63,109 nucleotides of DNA from NCBI GenBank assembly GCA_964496855.1, contig CAZCAU010000004.1, forward strand, positions 1 to 63,109, given 5' to 3'. This DNA comes from an uncultured Desulfurococcales archaeon (GTDB lineage: Archaea; Thermoproteota; Thermoprotei_A; Sulfolobales; CAZCAU01). The position numbers and the translations under genes are program-made. The notes beneath the pieces are model-generated. The model was not told the DNA's origin and searched no databases. It was given only the letters and a program-made list of their open reading frames with translations. Positions 28,271 to 38,153 of the stretch are shown here, in pieces. Position 1 is the stretch's first letter; each line of letters begins with the position of its first letter.

Positions 28271-28759
28271 TTGCTGCCTGGATACCTGGCTGCCGAGTAC
28301 ATAAAACACATGATTAATAAGGAGACACAGGTGCAGCCAGCAGGCGTTGACCTTACTATCGCAGAGGTATACTCTTTCGGAACCCCTGGGTTAATAGGTT
28401 TTAAGAAGAGAGAACTACCCAGAGTTGTGAAAATCGAGCCTTCGGGAGACATGTATTTCCTCGAGAGAGGGTTCTACAAGATAGTATTTAATGAAGCCGT
28501 GTATGTTCCAAAGGATTGTGCTGGCATATGTCTTCCTAGAAGTAGTTTGCTGAGAAGCGGTGTATCAGTATCATGTGCTCTATGGGATCCTGGATACTAT
28601 GGTAGGGGAGAAGCTTTAATGATAGTAGGTAATCCCCACGGTGTACGTTTAGAAGTTAATGCTAGGGTAGCTCAATTAGTCTTTATAAGAGTAAATCCGC
28701 CGCCGAGAACCCTGTATAGCGGTGTATACCAGGGAGAAAGATTGAGAGAGGAGAAGTAG
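28271..28759 (+). CDS. dut: dCTP deaminase/dUTPase superfamily protein (archaeal dUTP diphosphatase type)
   Basis: 162 aa with a TTG start. QPAGVDLTI..., PRSSLLRSGVSV and ALWDPGYYGRGE are typical of the trimeric dUTPase/Dcd fold. Confidence 0.75.
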   Translation: MLPGYLAAEYIKHMINKETQVQPAGVDLTIAEVYSFGTPGLIGFKKRELPRVVKIEPSGDMYFLERGFYKIVFNEAVYVPKDCAGICLPRSSLLRSGVSVSCALWDPGYYGRGEALMIVGNPHGVRLEVNARVAQLVFIRVNPPPRTLYSGVYQGERLREEK

Positions 28760-28761
28760 TT

Positions 28762-29757
28762 TTGTACGGGTACGCGTTTATCTCGATGCCAGGTATAAAG
28801 ACTCTTGCTAAACTTGTAAGATACATAGAGTTCCCTGTAGAGAACTTTACTGATAAGAGATTCTTTCCGCCAGAGAATGAGGAGCCGGAACTTGTTGCAA
28901 GATACTTTATTGTAATGGTGGCAATGGATCATAGGCTCAGCCGTCCTGGGAAGCCTTATGAAGCAGTTATTGATGGCAAACACTATCATGGCGCAGATCT
29001 CTTGTATAGACTGGGTATGAAAAAGCTTTACGAAGACCCAGGATTTTTTGATCCAACGAGACTTAGTAAAGTGAGAGAGAGGGATATAGAGGATTGGTTG
29101 AGCACAGGATCTTCAAGACCACCTGATGCGAGAATTCGTGCTATGCTTTTAAGAGACTTAGGTTACAAACTCTTGAAGCTATATGATGGGAAAGTGCTTT
29201 CGCTAATAAGTGCTGCTCGGAATAGATTAAAGACTGGATTACATAACGGGTTTATTGATAGACTTAGATCCTTCATTGCTTACAACGATCCTGTAGAAAA
29301 GAAAGCTCATCTACTTGCTAAGTTTCTTGAGCGTCGAGGATTATTACGAGTAAATGACTCCAACAATAAACATGTACCAGTAGATAATCATGTGACAAGG
29401 CTAGCACTGAGATGGGGAATAGTAGTCGTTAAAGGCACCTGGCTTGCAAAAATTAAGAAAAAGCAAGTATTCACACACGACGAAGATATAATGCTTAGAC
29501 TAGTCATCAGAGAAGCCTATAAGAGGTTATGCGGGTTATCAAGCATGGATCCATATATTCTTGACGACTTCTTATGGTCGTTTGGAAGAAAGTGCTGTAG
29601 AAGAGAAGAACCTGTGTGCATCAACGAATGCCATGAGTCATGTAGTAAAGTAGGTGGATGCAGGAATAATGCTTGTATTCTAAGTGGTGTTTGCCAAGCT
29701 TTTAGTAAGAAGGTCTTTTTGCCAGAGCACTCCTACTATGATACGTGGTACTACTAA
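28762..29757 (+). CDS. EndoIII/HhH-GPD-like protein with a Cys-rich C-terminus (putative base-excision or nucleoside N-glycosylase-like enzyme)
   Basis: 331 aa. HVPVDNHVTRLALRWGIV resembles the EndoIII 'PVDtHV.R...RlG' segment. The C-terminal stretch CCRREEPVCINECHESCSKVGGCRNNACILSGVC has 10 Cys in 34 residues. The TTG start lies 2 nt after the dut stop. Confidence 0.45.
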   Translation: MYGYAFISMPGIKTLAKLVRYIEFPVENFTDKRFFPPENEEPELVARYFIVMVAMDHRLSRPGKPYEAVIDGKHYHGADLLYRLGMKKLYEDPGFFDPTRLSKVRERDIEDWLSTGSSRPPDARIRAMLLRDLGYKLLKLYDGKVLSLISAARNRLKTGLHNGFIDRLRSFIAYNDPVEKKAHLLAKFLERRGLLRVNDSNNKHVPVDNHVTRLALRWGIVVVKGTWLAKIKKKQVFTHDEDIMLRLVIREAYKRLCGLSSMDPYILDDFLWSFGRKCCRREEPVCINECHESCSKVGGCRNNACILSGVCQAFSKKVFLPEHSYYDTWYY

Positions 29758-29825
29758 CCATGCCTAAAACATATTTTAACATGTATGGTTAATAGTTCAA
29801 GGAGGAAACAGAGTATATCAAAGGC

Positions 29826-32252
29826 GTGATTACAATGACTAAGTTTAAGCCCAAGATCACAGAAAAGAGATGGCGTGTTGAAAATGAGTTGAAATTGCTA
29901 GAGCTATGGGAGAAGGAGCAATTATACAGGTTCAACGAGGAAGATGAGAGAGAAGTAATAGCAATAGATACGCCACCACCTTATGCATCCGGTAAATGGC
30001 ACGTAGGCGGTGCTGCCCATTACGCGCAGATAGATATGGTTGCTAGATACTTTAGGATGAGAAACTATAATGTACTCATACCGTTTTATGCTGATCGGAA
30101 TGGTCTACCTGTTGAAGTACAGGTAGAGAAAGCTACTGGGTTAAATCCTCATGAAATCACTAAGACTGTAGAAGGAAGAGAGCATTTTCTGAATCTATGC
30201 CGAGAATACCTGGACAAAACTGAACATGAACTCGTTAAAATATGGCGTAGACTAGGATGTAGTTTTGAGTATTGGCATGATGGTACAGATAGCCACGAAT
30301 ATAGAAAGATAACACAAGCAACATTCATAGAGCTATGGCGTCGAGGCCTTATCTACATAGCTGAGAGGCCTGTAAATTGGTGCCCTCGCTGTCGTACTAC
30401 ATTAGCAGACGCTGAGCTTGAGTATAGGGAAGAGGATACAAAGCTATACTACATAGTATTTAAGGTCAAAGAGACAGGAGACGACATAGTAATAGCTACG
30501 ACAAGACCAGAGCTACTCAATGCGTGCCAAGCCGTTATTTATAATCCTAATGATGAAAGATACAAGCACCTAGCCGGAAAGCATGCTATAATACCATTGT
30601 ATGAAAGAGAAGTACCAATACTACAGCATCCAGCCGCTGATCCGAGTTTTGGTACAGGATTGGTAATGATCTGTAGTTACGGAGATACCACGGATATAAG
30701 GTTGTTCCGAGAGCTAAAGCTAAAGCCAAGAGTATTGATAACACGCGAGGGTATAATGAACGAGCAGGCAGGGCCGATAAAGGGTCTGAGTATTAGGGAA
30801 GCACGGAAAACTATAGCAAACCTGCTTAGGGAGAGAGGATTACTTAAACAAGAGAAGGTTATAAAACATACAATACCTGTCTGCTGGAGATGTAAGACGC
30901 CAGTAGAGTTTATACATGCTACAGAGTATTTCCTGAAACAAGTAGAGTACAAGAGCGAACTAAGAAAAATTATAGACATGATGGGCTTTTACCCTGAGTT
31001 CCATAAAAGGAAGCTTCTAGACTGGCTGGATTCTGTAACTCAAGACTGGCCTATAAGTAGAGACAGGTATTATGCAACAGAAGTCCCTGTCTGGAAGTGT
31101 AAGAGGTGTGGGCACATAATACTGCCCGAGCCGGGTAGGTATTATAGGCCATGGAAAGAGGAGCCACCAGTAGATAAGTGCCCCAATTGTGGTGCATCAA
31201 AAGAACACATAGCTGGTGAGACCAAAGTTTTCGATACATGGTTTGATTCATCTATCTCTGTCCTCTACGTTACAGGCTATATGAGAAAACCAGAGTTGTT
31301 TAAGAGAGCCTTTAATAACACTTTGAGGCCACAAGGCCAAGACATTATAAGAACATGGCTTTACTACACATTGCTCAGAGTATATCAGCTCACAGGCAAA
31401 CCAGCATTTAAATGGGTAAGAATAACGGGTATGGGACTGGACGAGAAAGGCGAGGCAATGCATAAGAGTAAAGGAAACGTGATAGACCCAGAACCATATA
31501 TAGAAAAATACGGAGCCGATGCGTTTAGGTTCTGGGCTGCTGCAGCAGCAAAACTAGGATACGACTATAGGTTCTCCGAGCAATTATTACGTACTGGTAT
31601 GCTTTTTGAGACAAAGTTATGGAATATAGCGCGATTCATAAGTTCATTCCCAGAGCCTGAGCCTGACAGCATAGAGATGAGAGCCATTGATAAAGCTCTA
31701 CTAGGCTTGTTAAACAGAGTACTGAGAGAGTGTATAGAGGGCTATGAAGACCTGGATACATATATACCTATAAATTCGATATACAAGTTTACCTGGGACG
31801 TCTTTGCATCGAATTATATAGAGCTGGTAAAGAGCAGAGCATACAATGATGCAGGAGAGTATAGTGAAAAAGAGCAACGAGCGGCTTGGTATGTGTTACA
31901 TACAGTATTAAAAACAATACTTAAACTACTAGCACCTATAATGCCGTTTATAACAGACGCTATTTGGCGCGATATGTATGATGGCACAGTGCATAAACAA
32001 CTTATACCAGATGCTATAGAGGGCGCTGATGAAGCCCTGGCTGATAAGATGCAGAAATTAATGCATGCAAATAGCATTATATGGACCTATAAGAAGAAGA
32101 AAGGAGTAAAATTCTCCGAACCGCTAGAGGAGGAGGTCTTAGTGAGCAAGGATCTAGAGAAGTTCATTAAAGAACTAGTGGATCTCCATAAGCTAAAAAG
32201 TACAAGGATAGTTGAGGACTTAGAGGCTCCAGTGGTTATTAAAGAAAAGTAG
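29826..32252 (+). CDS. valS: Valyl-tRNA synthetase
   Basis: 808 aa class Ia synthetase: PPPYASGKWHVGGA (HIGH region), AMHKSKGN (KMSKS), CP1 editing insert and zinc knuckles. The size fits archaeal ValRS. The probable start is the ATG at 29835. Confidence 0.85.
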   Translation: MITMTKFKPKITEKRWRVENELKLLELWEKEQLYRFNEEDEREVIAIDTPPPYASGKWHVGGAAHYAQIDMVARYFRMRNYNVLIPFYADRNGLPVEVQVEKATGLNPHEITKTVEGREHFLNLCREYLDKTEHELVKIWRRLGCSFEYWHDGTDSHEYRKITQATFIELWRRGLIYIAERPVNWCPRCRTTLADAELEYREEDTKLYYIVFKVKETGDDIVIATTRPELLNACQAVIYNPNDERYKHLAGKHAIIPLYEREVPILQHPAADPSFGTGLVMICSYGDTTDIRLFRELKLKPRVLITREGIMNEQAGPIKGLSIREARKTIANLLRERGLLKQEKVIKHTIPVCWRCKTPVEFIHATEYFLKQVEYKSELRKIIDMMGFYPEFHKRKLLDWLDSVTQDWPISRDRYYATEVPVWKCKRCGHIILPEPGRYYRPWKEEPPVDKCPNCGASKEHIAGETKVFDTWFDSSISVLYVTGYMRKPELFKRAFNNTLRPQGQDIIRTWLYYTLLRVYQLTGKPAFKWVRITGMGLDEKGEAMHKSKGNVIDPEPYIEKYGADAFRFWAAAAAKLGYDYRFSEQLLRTGMLFETKLWNIARFISSFPEPEPDSIEMRAIDKALLGLLNRVLRECIEGYEDLDTYIPINSIYKFTWDVFASNYIELVKSRAYNDAGEYSEKEQRAAWYVLHTVLKTILKLLAPIMPFITDAIWRDMYDGTVHKQLIPDAIEGADEALADKMQKLMHANSIIWTYKKKKGVKFSEPLEEEVLVSKDLEKFIKELVDLHKLKSTRIVEDLEAPVVIKEK

Positions 32253-32370
32253 GGGAATAAATCAGGATTCCTAACTCACTTATAATCTTAATTAAGGACT
32301 TGTTGATTTACTCTCATACAGTATATGAGTAGCAGAGAGTATTCAAACAGCAAGAACGGGCGCTTCGACT

Positions 32371-32910
32371 ATGTACAGAGGGGATAATATTAGTGCAGAA
32401 TTCGGTTTCCTTATCTTCAGCCTAGGTAGTAGTGTCTCAGTACCATTTGTACCCACGAGAAAGGAAGCTATGAATCTCGTATTTGCATTATCAAAACCTA
32501 CAAGCGAAGATGTATTCTACGATCTCGGATGCGGCGATGGTAGGGTTGTTGTGGAAGCTGTTAAGAGATTTGATGTAAAGAAAGCAGTATGTATAGAAAA
32601 ACGGGCTGATCTGATACAAGAGGCTATAAAACGGGTTGAAAGAGAAGGTGTAAAAGATCGCGTAGTGATAATACAAGGAGACTTCATGGAAGTACCAATA
32701 CATGATGCTACAATAGTATACATGTACCTACTTACAAGCGTAAATAGGTTGTTAAAGCCGAAGCTAAAGAGAGAGCTACGTGTTGGAACAAAGATCGTAA
32801 CACTAGATTTTGAGATACCTGGATGGAAACCTGTGGCTGTACTCGGTGAGAACAGAGGCTGGCAGAGAATAGCGTACCTTTATATAAGAGGGGTTTCTGA
32901 TCTAGTTTAG
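32371..32910 (+). CDS. Class I SAM-dependent methyltransferase
   Basis: VPFVPTRKEAMNLV...VFYDLGCGDGRVVVEA (motif I) ...IQGDF. Confidence 0.7.
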   Translation: MYRGDNISAEFGFLIFSLGSSVSVPFVPTRKEAMNLVFALSKPTSEDVFYDLGCGDGRVVVEAVKRFDVKKAVCIEKRADLIQEAIKRVEREGVKDRVVIIQGDFMEVPIHDATIVYMYLLTSVNRLLKPKLKRELRVGTKIVTLDFEIPGWKPVAVLGENRGWQRIAYLYIRGVSDLV

Positions 32911-33612
32911 CTTCTCTATAATGATTAAAACTGCTCCTAAGAATACTCTTTCCCACAAGGTTTTTCCTCCACTATTACTGGCCAGGGATGATATTTCTAG
33001 TACTGTGGGAAACTTTCTAAAAGTTTCATGAAGTTTACCATATTCTCTATAGAGTTTTTTATTAGATATTATCGAGACAAGTCGTGGCATTGTAAACCAG
33101 TAAATATCTAGTGCTATCCTCAGAAGCGTTGATGCTGGCTTGTAGAGGTCTAGTATGTAAAACTTACCAGATGGTTTAAGTATACTAAGCACTGATCTCA
33201 GCGCTCTAGGTAGATTGAATGTATCCCGTATAGAGAATGTCGCAGTGACAGCATTTACCGAGCCTTCACGTATAGGGAGATACTCGGCAACAGCTATTAT
33301 AAAATCAGCTTTTGCATCCATATCTTTCCTCTTAATAAAAAAAGAAGCTACCTTGAGCATCCTAGAGCTGGGATCTACGAATACCACATGCTGTGTCTTG
33401 CCTAGTTTTAACATACTGTAGCCTGTTATCCCGGGACCGCATCCTATATCTACTAGTATGCTGGGATTCTCCCGGATACTATCTAATAACTTCATACGAA
33501 TACGCGCTAGTAATCCTAGGCTCATACGCTTATTCATGTTCTCGTAGACAGGTATTATATGCTCTAGTGAGGAAAGTAGTGCAAACCATTCTGTGTGAGC
33601 ATTGTTTTTCAA
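32902..33612 (-). CDS. Class I SAM-dependent methyltransferase (UbiE/COQ5-like)
   Basis: 236 aa. ILVDIGCGPGITG is motif I, and it carries an FSIRD-type post-motif. Confidence 0.65.
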   Translation of the reverse strand: MKNNAHTEWFALLSSLEHIIPVYENMNKRMSLGLLARIRMKLLDSIRENPSILVDIGCGPGITGYSMLKLGKTQHVVFVDPSSRMLKVASFFIKRKDMDAKADFIIAVAEYLPIREGSVNAVTATFSIRDTFNLPRALRSVLSILKPSGKFYILDLYKPASTLLRIALDIYWFTMPRLVSIISNKKLYREYGKLHETFRKFPTVLEISSLASNSGGKTLWERVFLGAVLIIIEKLN

Positions 33613-33977
33613 ATGCTGATCCTCCTCAACGCAATGTATAACATGGCTACTACTAAGATTAGAATCGCAAGACCAAGCAGTAGTTTTGAGATATAGAAGA
33701 ATACTTTGAAAACAACCACTCCTATAAGAACAGCTATAGGTAACAATATCATCATAGCAATTCCTGATAATATTCTAGAAAAGAAATCTGTTCTTATACC
33801 GCGAGTTATTATTGCTGGTCTCTTATAGATGAATCCTATCATAAATCCTGCTACTACAGAGAATAATGATGCTTTCGTATAACCAGCAAAGTTACCTATT
33901 ATAACGCCTATGAGTAAGACTAGAAGTAATACAGGCAGATATCTAGCCGTGTAACCTGTGTAGCTCTGCATGTACAT
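33609..33977 (-). CDS. Small integral membrane protein
   Basis: 122 aa with 3-4 hydrophobic helices. It overlaps both neighbours, consistent with an operon. Confidence 0.5.
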   Translation of the reverse strand: MYMQSYTGYTARYLPVLLLVLLIGVIIGNFAGYTKASLFSVVAGFMIGFIYKRPAIITRGIRTDFFSRILSGIAMMILLPIAVLIGVVVFKVFFYISKLLLGLAILILVVAMLYIALRRISI

Positions 33978-34626
33978 TATCCTTACCCTTGCTTATGTAG
34001 ATTACAGCGTAATAACCCCTAAATAAAGGACCGGGATTAACTATCAGAGTAGAACCTAGTTTGTCAATACCTCTAGCCTCATGTATATGTCCTGTAATTA
34101 AAACTAAAGGCTGTTTCAACTCTATGAATTCTCTTAGAGCGTTGCTACCCACATGAGAGCCTGTGAATACTTTATCCACAGATGTTTCGTAAGGGGGGAC
34201 ATGAGTAACCATGACTAACTTCTTAATATCCTCATTATTAATCTTACTCGCTATCTCGTCCAGCATTTTCTTGATTTCTTCCTCCCCGAACTCTATGAAT
34301 GTATTAAATGGCGTGATATTAGAGCCGCCGATCCCGGCTATGATTATCTCATCTATACTCACTACTCTTAAATGAACGTTCATTGTAATGTCATTATTGT
34401 CTTTATGTGTCAGGAGACTTGGAGGATCCATGTTTCCAGGGACAAATACTGTCTTAATCCGACTTTTCCTAAAGATTTCCAAGACAGCAATAGCTTCTCT
34501 GAAAGAACCATTTGACAAATCACCTGCTACTACTATAAGATCCGGTGGATCTTTTAGGCTATTCTCTACAAGTTTTTGCACAATACTTCTCCTACCGTGA
34601 ATATCGGATACCGCGAGGAGCTTCAT
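33943..34626 (-). CDS. Calcineurin-like metallophosphoesterase
   Basis: KLLAVSDIHG, VVAGDLS, PGNMD and TGHIHE motifs. Confidence 0.8.
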   Translation of the reverse strand: MKLLAVSDIHGRRSIVQKLVENSLKDPPDLIVVAGDLSNGSFREAIAVLEIFRKSRIKTVFVPGNMDPPSLLTHKDNNDITMNVHLRVVSIDEIIIAGIGGSNITPFNTFIEFGEEEIKKMLDEIASKINNEDIKKLVMVTHVPPYETSVDKVFTGSHVGSNALREFIELKQPLVLITGHIHEARGIDKLGSTLIVNPGPLFRGYYAVIYISKGKDNVHAELHRLHG

Positions 34627-34630
34627 ACTA

Positions 34631-34867
34631 CTATCCCCCGCTTATTGAATGTAGTATAGATACTTTATCACCATTCTTGAATAACGTATCCATTCTAGCC
34701 GGCACGCCGTTCACAAGGACTATCAACTCATCCTTAATACCGTATTTTTCTCTTACCATATCGACGGGCTCGGATAGCCTAGTTTGCTCTTTTAACTCTA
34801 TATACTCTTCTTTTTTACCCGTGTATTCTGCGATTCCTCCAACGTATTTAATGAGCACACGTATCAT
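34631..34867 (-). CDS. MoaD/ThiS-family ubiquitin-like small protein ending in Gly-Gly
   Basis: From the ATG at 34865-34867: MIRVLIKYVGGIAEYTGKKEEYIEL...VLVNGVPARMDTLFKNGDKVSILHSISGG*. This has the beta-grasp pattern and a C-terminal GG. Confidence 0.75.
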   Translation of the reverse strand: MIRVLIKYVGGIAEYTGKKEEYIELKEQTRLSEPVDMVREKYGIKDELIVLVNGVPARMDTLFKNGDKVSILHSISGG

Positions 34868-34961
34868 TACTAGCGGACACCTATTGGTTAGCAATAAGAT
34901 ATTGTAGGGAAAAAAGGAATAAGATTATTATGTTTATTAGTCTATTTCTACCCCTACCTAG

Positions 34962-36794
34962 TTACCCTGATAAACTAGTTATCTTTGCTAGTACTGGTTC
35001 AACAAATTCTAGGCCTAGTTTTCTAAGCGTAGAGAGTCTTGGGACACCATTGTTATCCCATCCTCTAAGCTCATAATAGTAGTCTAAGAGCTTCTGATAA
35101 CCTTCAGTATCCAGTTTGGAGCCTCTAAGAGGTCCTTTTAGCAAGGGATCTTCAAACCATCTTGGAGGTGGTATATCGTACTCGCGGTTCCAGTTACCGT
35201 ATTCTCTTATCCAGAAAGCTCTTATCAGTGTATAGATTCTCTCACCTAACATGTTTATATCGTCTAGTGTGTACTGTAGACCGGTTGCTGCTTCGAGTGC
35301 TTCAAGATAGTACTTTAGGTCAAGGCTTAGCTCCACCCATGGTAATCTACATGTTGCTAAGGACTCAAAAAACGCGCCTCTGATATTCTGTAACTCAATT
35401 ACCTTAGCTGCTTTTTCCCGCGTGTAACTAAATCTGTTAACTTTTACCTCCCAGGCAATAACCCAGGCATCTTTATGATGGGCGCCTATGGCTGCAGTAC
35501 CGTAGGCTAAAGCCATGGCGGGTGCTGCATGGCAATCATACGCGGATATCTCTAGTCCTTTTACATGCATTGCGAACTTGTACGAGTTCATGCCTAGATG
35601 CTTGCTTACTCTCATTACCCCCTCAGCTAGCAGATTTCCTTCTTCTTTTCTATAGGCTATTTTTTCTACAAGATCTTTGTAAGTCTCGTAATCGCCCCAT
35701 TCCATTTTCTCTGTCTCAATAAGTCCTTTTTGCGTGCACTCTGTATAAAATGCAAGTACATTTCCTAAACTTATAGTATCTATACCATACATGTCCGCAA
35801 GCCTGTTGAGAACGGCTATTTTGCCTAGATCTGGTAATCCTATATTAGAGCCAAGCATAGCGACATTCTCGTAATCTAGTTCTGAGGGCTTATTCTCATA
35901 ATCCTTGACAACGTTTCCACAAGGCATAACACAGTATGGGCAACTTCTCAAATCAATTTTTATCTTCTCCATGGAATACCCGTCTATGTTGCTAGCGTAG
36001 TCAAATACTCCTTCACTGAAGTTTAATGTTGGTAAAACACTGTTCTCCTGGCTCCATTCTATAGTCATCATTGTTCCCTGTCTTAGCCAGAAACTGTATT
36101 GTGGGTTTGACTTGAGATCCACAGTCGCTTTTGTGAAAAGCTTTTTCAGTCTAGACGGCTCTCTTACTTTTACCTCATTCGTGCCGTGTACAACTATTGC
36201 TTTTAGCTTCTTAGAACCCATTACAGCGCCTATTCCCGGCCTACCGCCCGCTCTCCCCTCTTGTGATATCATGGTGGCATAGCGTACAAGGTTTTCACCT
36301 GCAGGTCCTATCAATACGATACCACTATCTTTTCCATGCTTTTCTTTAAGCCTCTTTTCGGCCTCCCATGTATCTAGTCCCCATAAATCATCTGCTGGCA
36401 GGATCTCGACACTATTATCCTCAATGTATATGTAGGACGGTTTAGTAGCTTTACCTTCTATGACAACAGCGTCATAACCAGCCTTTCTTAATTGTACCGC
36501 AACCCATGAGCCTATATTTCCATCACCATAGCCATTAGTTAAGGGGCTTTTAGTTGCAACAACAAGTTTACCACTATTCACAAAACTAGTGCCAGTAAGG
36601 GGGCCTGTTGCTAATACTAGTATATTATGCGGAGATAATGGATCAGTTCCCTTAGGCAAGAATTCCCATAATATGCGTACAGCTAAGCCTCTACCACCCA
36701 GAAAGTTTACAGCCCATTCTTCAGGATACTTCCACACACTTGTTTTCTTTTCGGAGAGATTCACACGAAGTATTCGGCCTGTCCAACCATACAT
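34962..36794 (-). CDS. aor: Tungsten-type aldehyde:ferredoxin oxidoreductase (AOR family)
   Basis: 610 aa with the classic N-terminus MYGWTGRILRVNLS, AOR_N plus AOR_C architecture, and a Cys-containing FeS/pterin region (RSCPYCVMPCG). Confidence 0.9.
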   Translation of the reverse strand: MYGWTGRILRVNLSEKKTSVWKYPEEWAVNFLGGRGLAVRILWEFLPKGTDPLSPHNILVLATGPLTGTSFVNSGKLVVATKSPLTNGYGDGNIGSWVAVQLRKAGYDAVVIEGKATKPSYIYIEDNSVEILPADDLWGLDTWEAEKRLKEKHGKDSGIVLIGPAGENLVRYATMISQEGRAGGRPGIGAVMGSKKLKAIVVHGTNEVKVREPSRLKKLFTKATVDLKSNPQYSFWLRQGTMMTIEWSQENSVLPTLNFSEGVFDYASNIDGYSMEKIKIDLRSCPYCVMPCGNVVKDYENKPSELDYENVAMLGSNIGLPDLGKIAVLNRLADMYGIDTISLGNVLAFYTECTQKGLIETEKMEWGDYETYKDLVEKIAYRKEEGNLLAEGVMRVSKHLGMNSYKFAMHVKGLEISAYDCHAAPAMALAYGTAAIGAHHKDAWVIAWEVKVNRFSYTREKAAKVIELQNIRGAFFESLATCRLPWVELSLDLKYYLEALEAATGLQYTLDDINMLGERIYTLIRAFWIREYGNWNREYDIPPPRWFEDPLLKGPLRGSKLDTEGYQKLLDYYYELRGWDNNGVPRLSTLRKLGLEFVEPVLAKITSLSG

Positions 36795-36910
36795 TTCTCT
36801 AGCACCTATGTAATGGATTGTGGTCTTAACACACTGCTTATGTATGCTATTTTGATGAATACCTAAAATTAATATTTTATATCAAAATGTGCCTAGAATT
36901 TAGAGGATAA

Positions 36911-37570
36911 GTGATGAAGCTCCGAGCAGTAGTATTTGATGTAGATGGTGTGCTACTAAGCATAAGGAATAGCTGGGGTTATTTTCACGAAATATTCGGA
37001 ACTTCTAGAGAGGCTGAGGAAAACTATCGACTCTATCTCGAGGGGAAAATAACATACTATGAATGGCTTGTAAAAGATGTTGCATTATGGATAAACAAGA
37101 GGGGAAAAATACATCTAAGCGAGTTAAGCCGTATAGCTTCGAAGCTAAAACCATCTAGAGAGGCTTATGAGGTATTTGACGAGCTTAGAAAACGAGGTAT
37201 CAAGACCGCTCTCTTGAGTGCTGGTATCAATATTGTCGTCAGGAGATTAGCGAGAGAACTGGGAGCAGACTTCTGGATGGCTAATACCCTAGAATTTGAT
37301 GAAGAGGGATATTTACTGCCTGAGGGTATACCATGTGTGCCTGGTGGGAGAAAAGACCTTGCTTTACCATTTGTCGAGGAATCATTAAGAGTTAGCAGAG
37401 AATATATGATGTTTGTAGGCGACTCAGTATGGGATATAGCAGTAATGAAGTTAGTAGCATGCCCAGTCCTGTACGGCGACGACAAGAATGTAACAGCATA
37501 TGCTAAGAAAAGAGTAAAGAGCTTGTACGAGATAGTAGAGATAGTTGATTGTAATTGTTGTAATGCATGA
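36911..37570 (+). CDS. HAD-superfamily hydrolase (subfamily IB, phosphoserine-phosphatase-like)
   Basis: AVVFDVDGVL (motif I), SAG (motif II) and GDSVWD (motif IV). The probable start is the ATG at 36914. Confidence 0.7.
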   Translation: MMKLRAVVFDVDGVLLSIRNSWGYFHEIFGTSREAEENYRLYLEGKITYYEWLVKDVALWINKRGKIHLSELSRIASKLKPSREAYEVFDELRKRGIKTALLSAGINIVVRRLARELGADFWMANTLEFDEEGYLLPEGIPCVPGGRKDLALPFVEESLRVSREYMMFVGDSVWDIAVMKLVACPVLYGDDKNVTAYAKKRVKSLYEIVEIVDCNCCNA

Positions 37571-37620
37571 AATACTTTTTATACTAGAAACACAAGTAAT
37601 ATTATTTGGTGTAAGATAAT

Positions 37621-38148
37621 ATGAGTTCGAGTAATAAGAAAAACGAGGAGGAGAAAAAGGAGAGCGCAAAAATAATAACTATAAGGAACATAGATGAGGA
37701 AACTTATAACAAAATCGTTGCACTAGCTAAGTCTCTAGGAGTTACGGTAGGAGAACTCGTGAACGAGGCATTAAGGCTAACTCTCTCATTATTCATAGAA
37801 CCTATAGAGAAGATAGAGAGGACAACTAAGTCTTTTGGAGAAAGAAGAGCAAAAGAAGCTGTTAAAGCAATCGCGGAGAAGATAAAAAGCTCGTTAGAAG
37901 AGGAATACATTATTATAAGTGATTTAGATAAACTCTCTATCTCAAAGAAAGATTTAGAAAGCCTAGATAAACAGCTTGTTGTTAGGAATATTAAGAAACT
38001 GGTTATTGAGAGAGATGTTGATAGAGAATCGCTGGACAAGATTGCTAAGATAATATTCGTAGACGAGCTCTATATACCAGAGACGTTGCCTAAACTCATG
38101 GTTCTCTCTAAGGCTAAGATGGTTAAAGAGGTTAAGATATATACTTGA
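37621..38148 (+). CDS. Hypothetical protein with an N-terminal ribbon-helix-helix-like segment
   Basis: 175 aa. KIITIRNIDEETYNKIVALAKSLGVTVGELVNEALRL resembles an RHH/CopG strand-helix-helix. The rest is charged, helical sequence. Confidence 0.4.
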   Translation: MSSSNKKNEEEKKESAKIITIRNIDEETYNKIVALAKSLGVTVGELVNEALRLTLSLFIEPIEKIERTTKSFGERRAKEAVKAIAEKIKSSLEEEYIIISDLDKLSISKKDLESLDKQLVVRNIKKLVIERDVDRESLDKIAKIIFVDELYIPETLPKLMVLSKAKMVKEVKIYT

Positions 38149-38153
38149 GCCTA

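Noticed and set aside
36849-36888. 8-bp inverted repeat ATTTTGAT-N24-ATCAAAAT in the divergent AOR/HAD promoter region
   Set aside because: The arms are short and AT-only, in AT-rich intergenic DNA, so it is easily a chance match. It is noted only as a possible operator.
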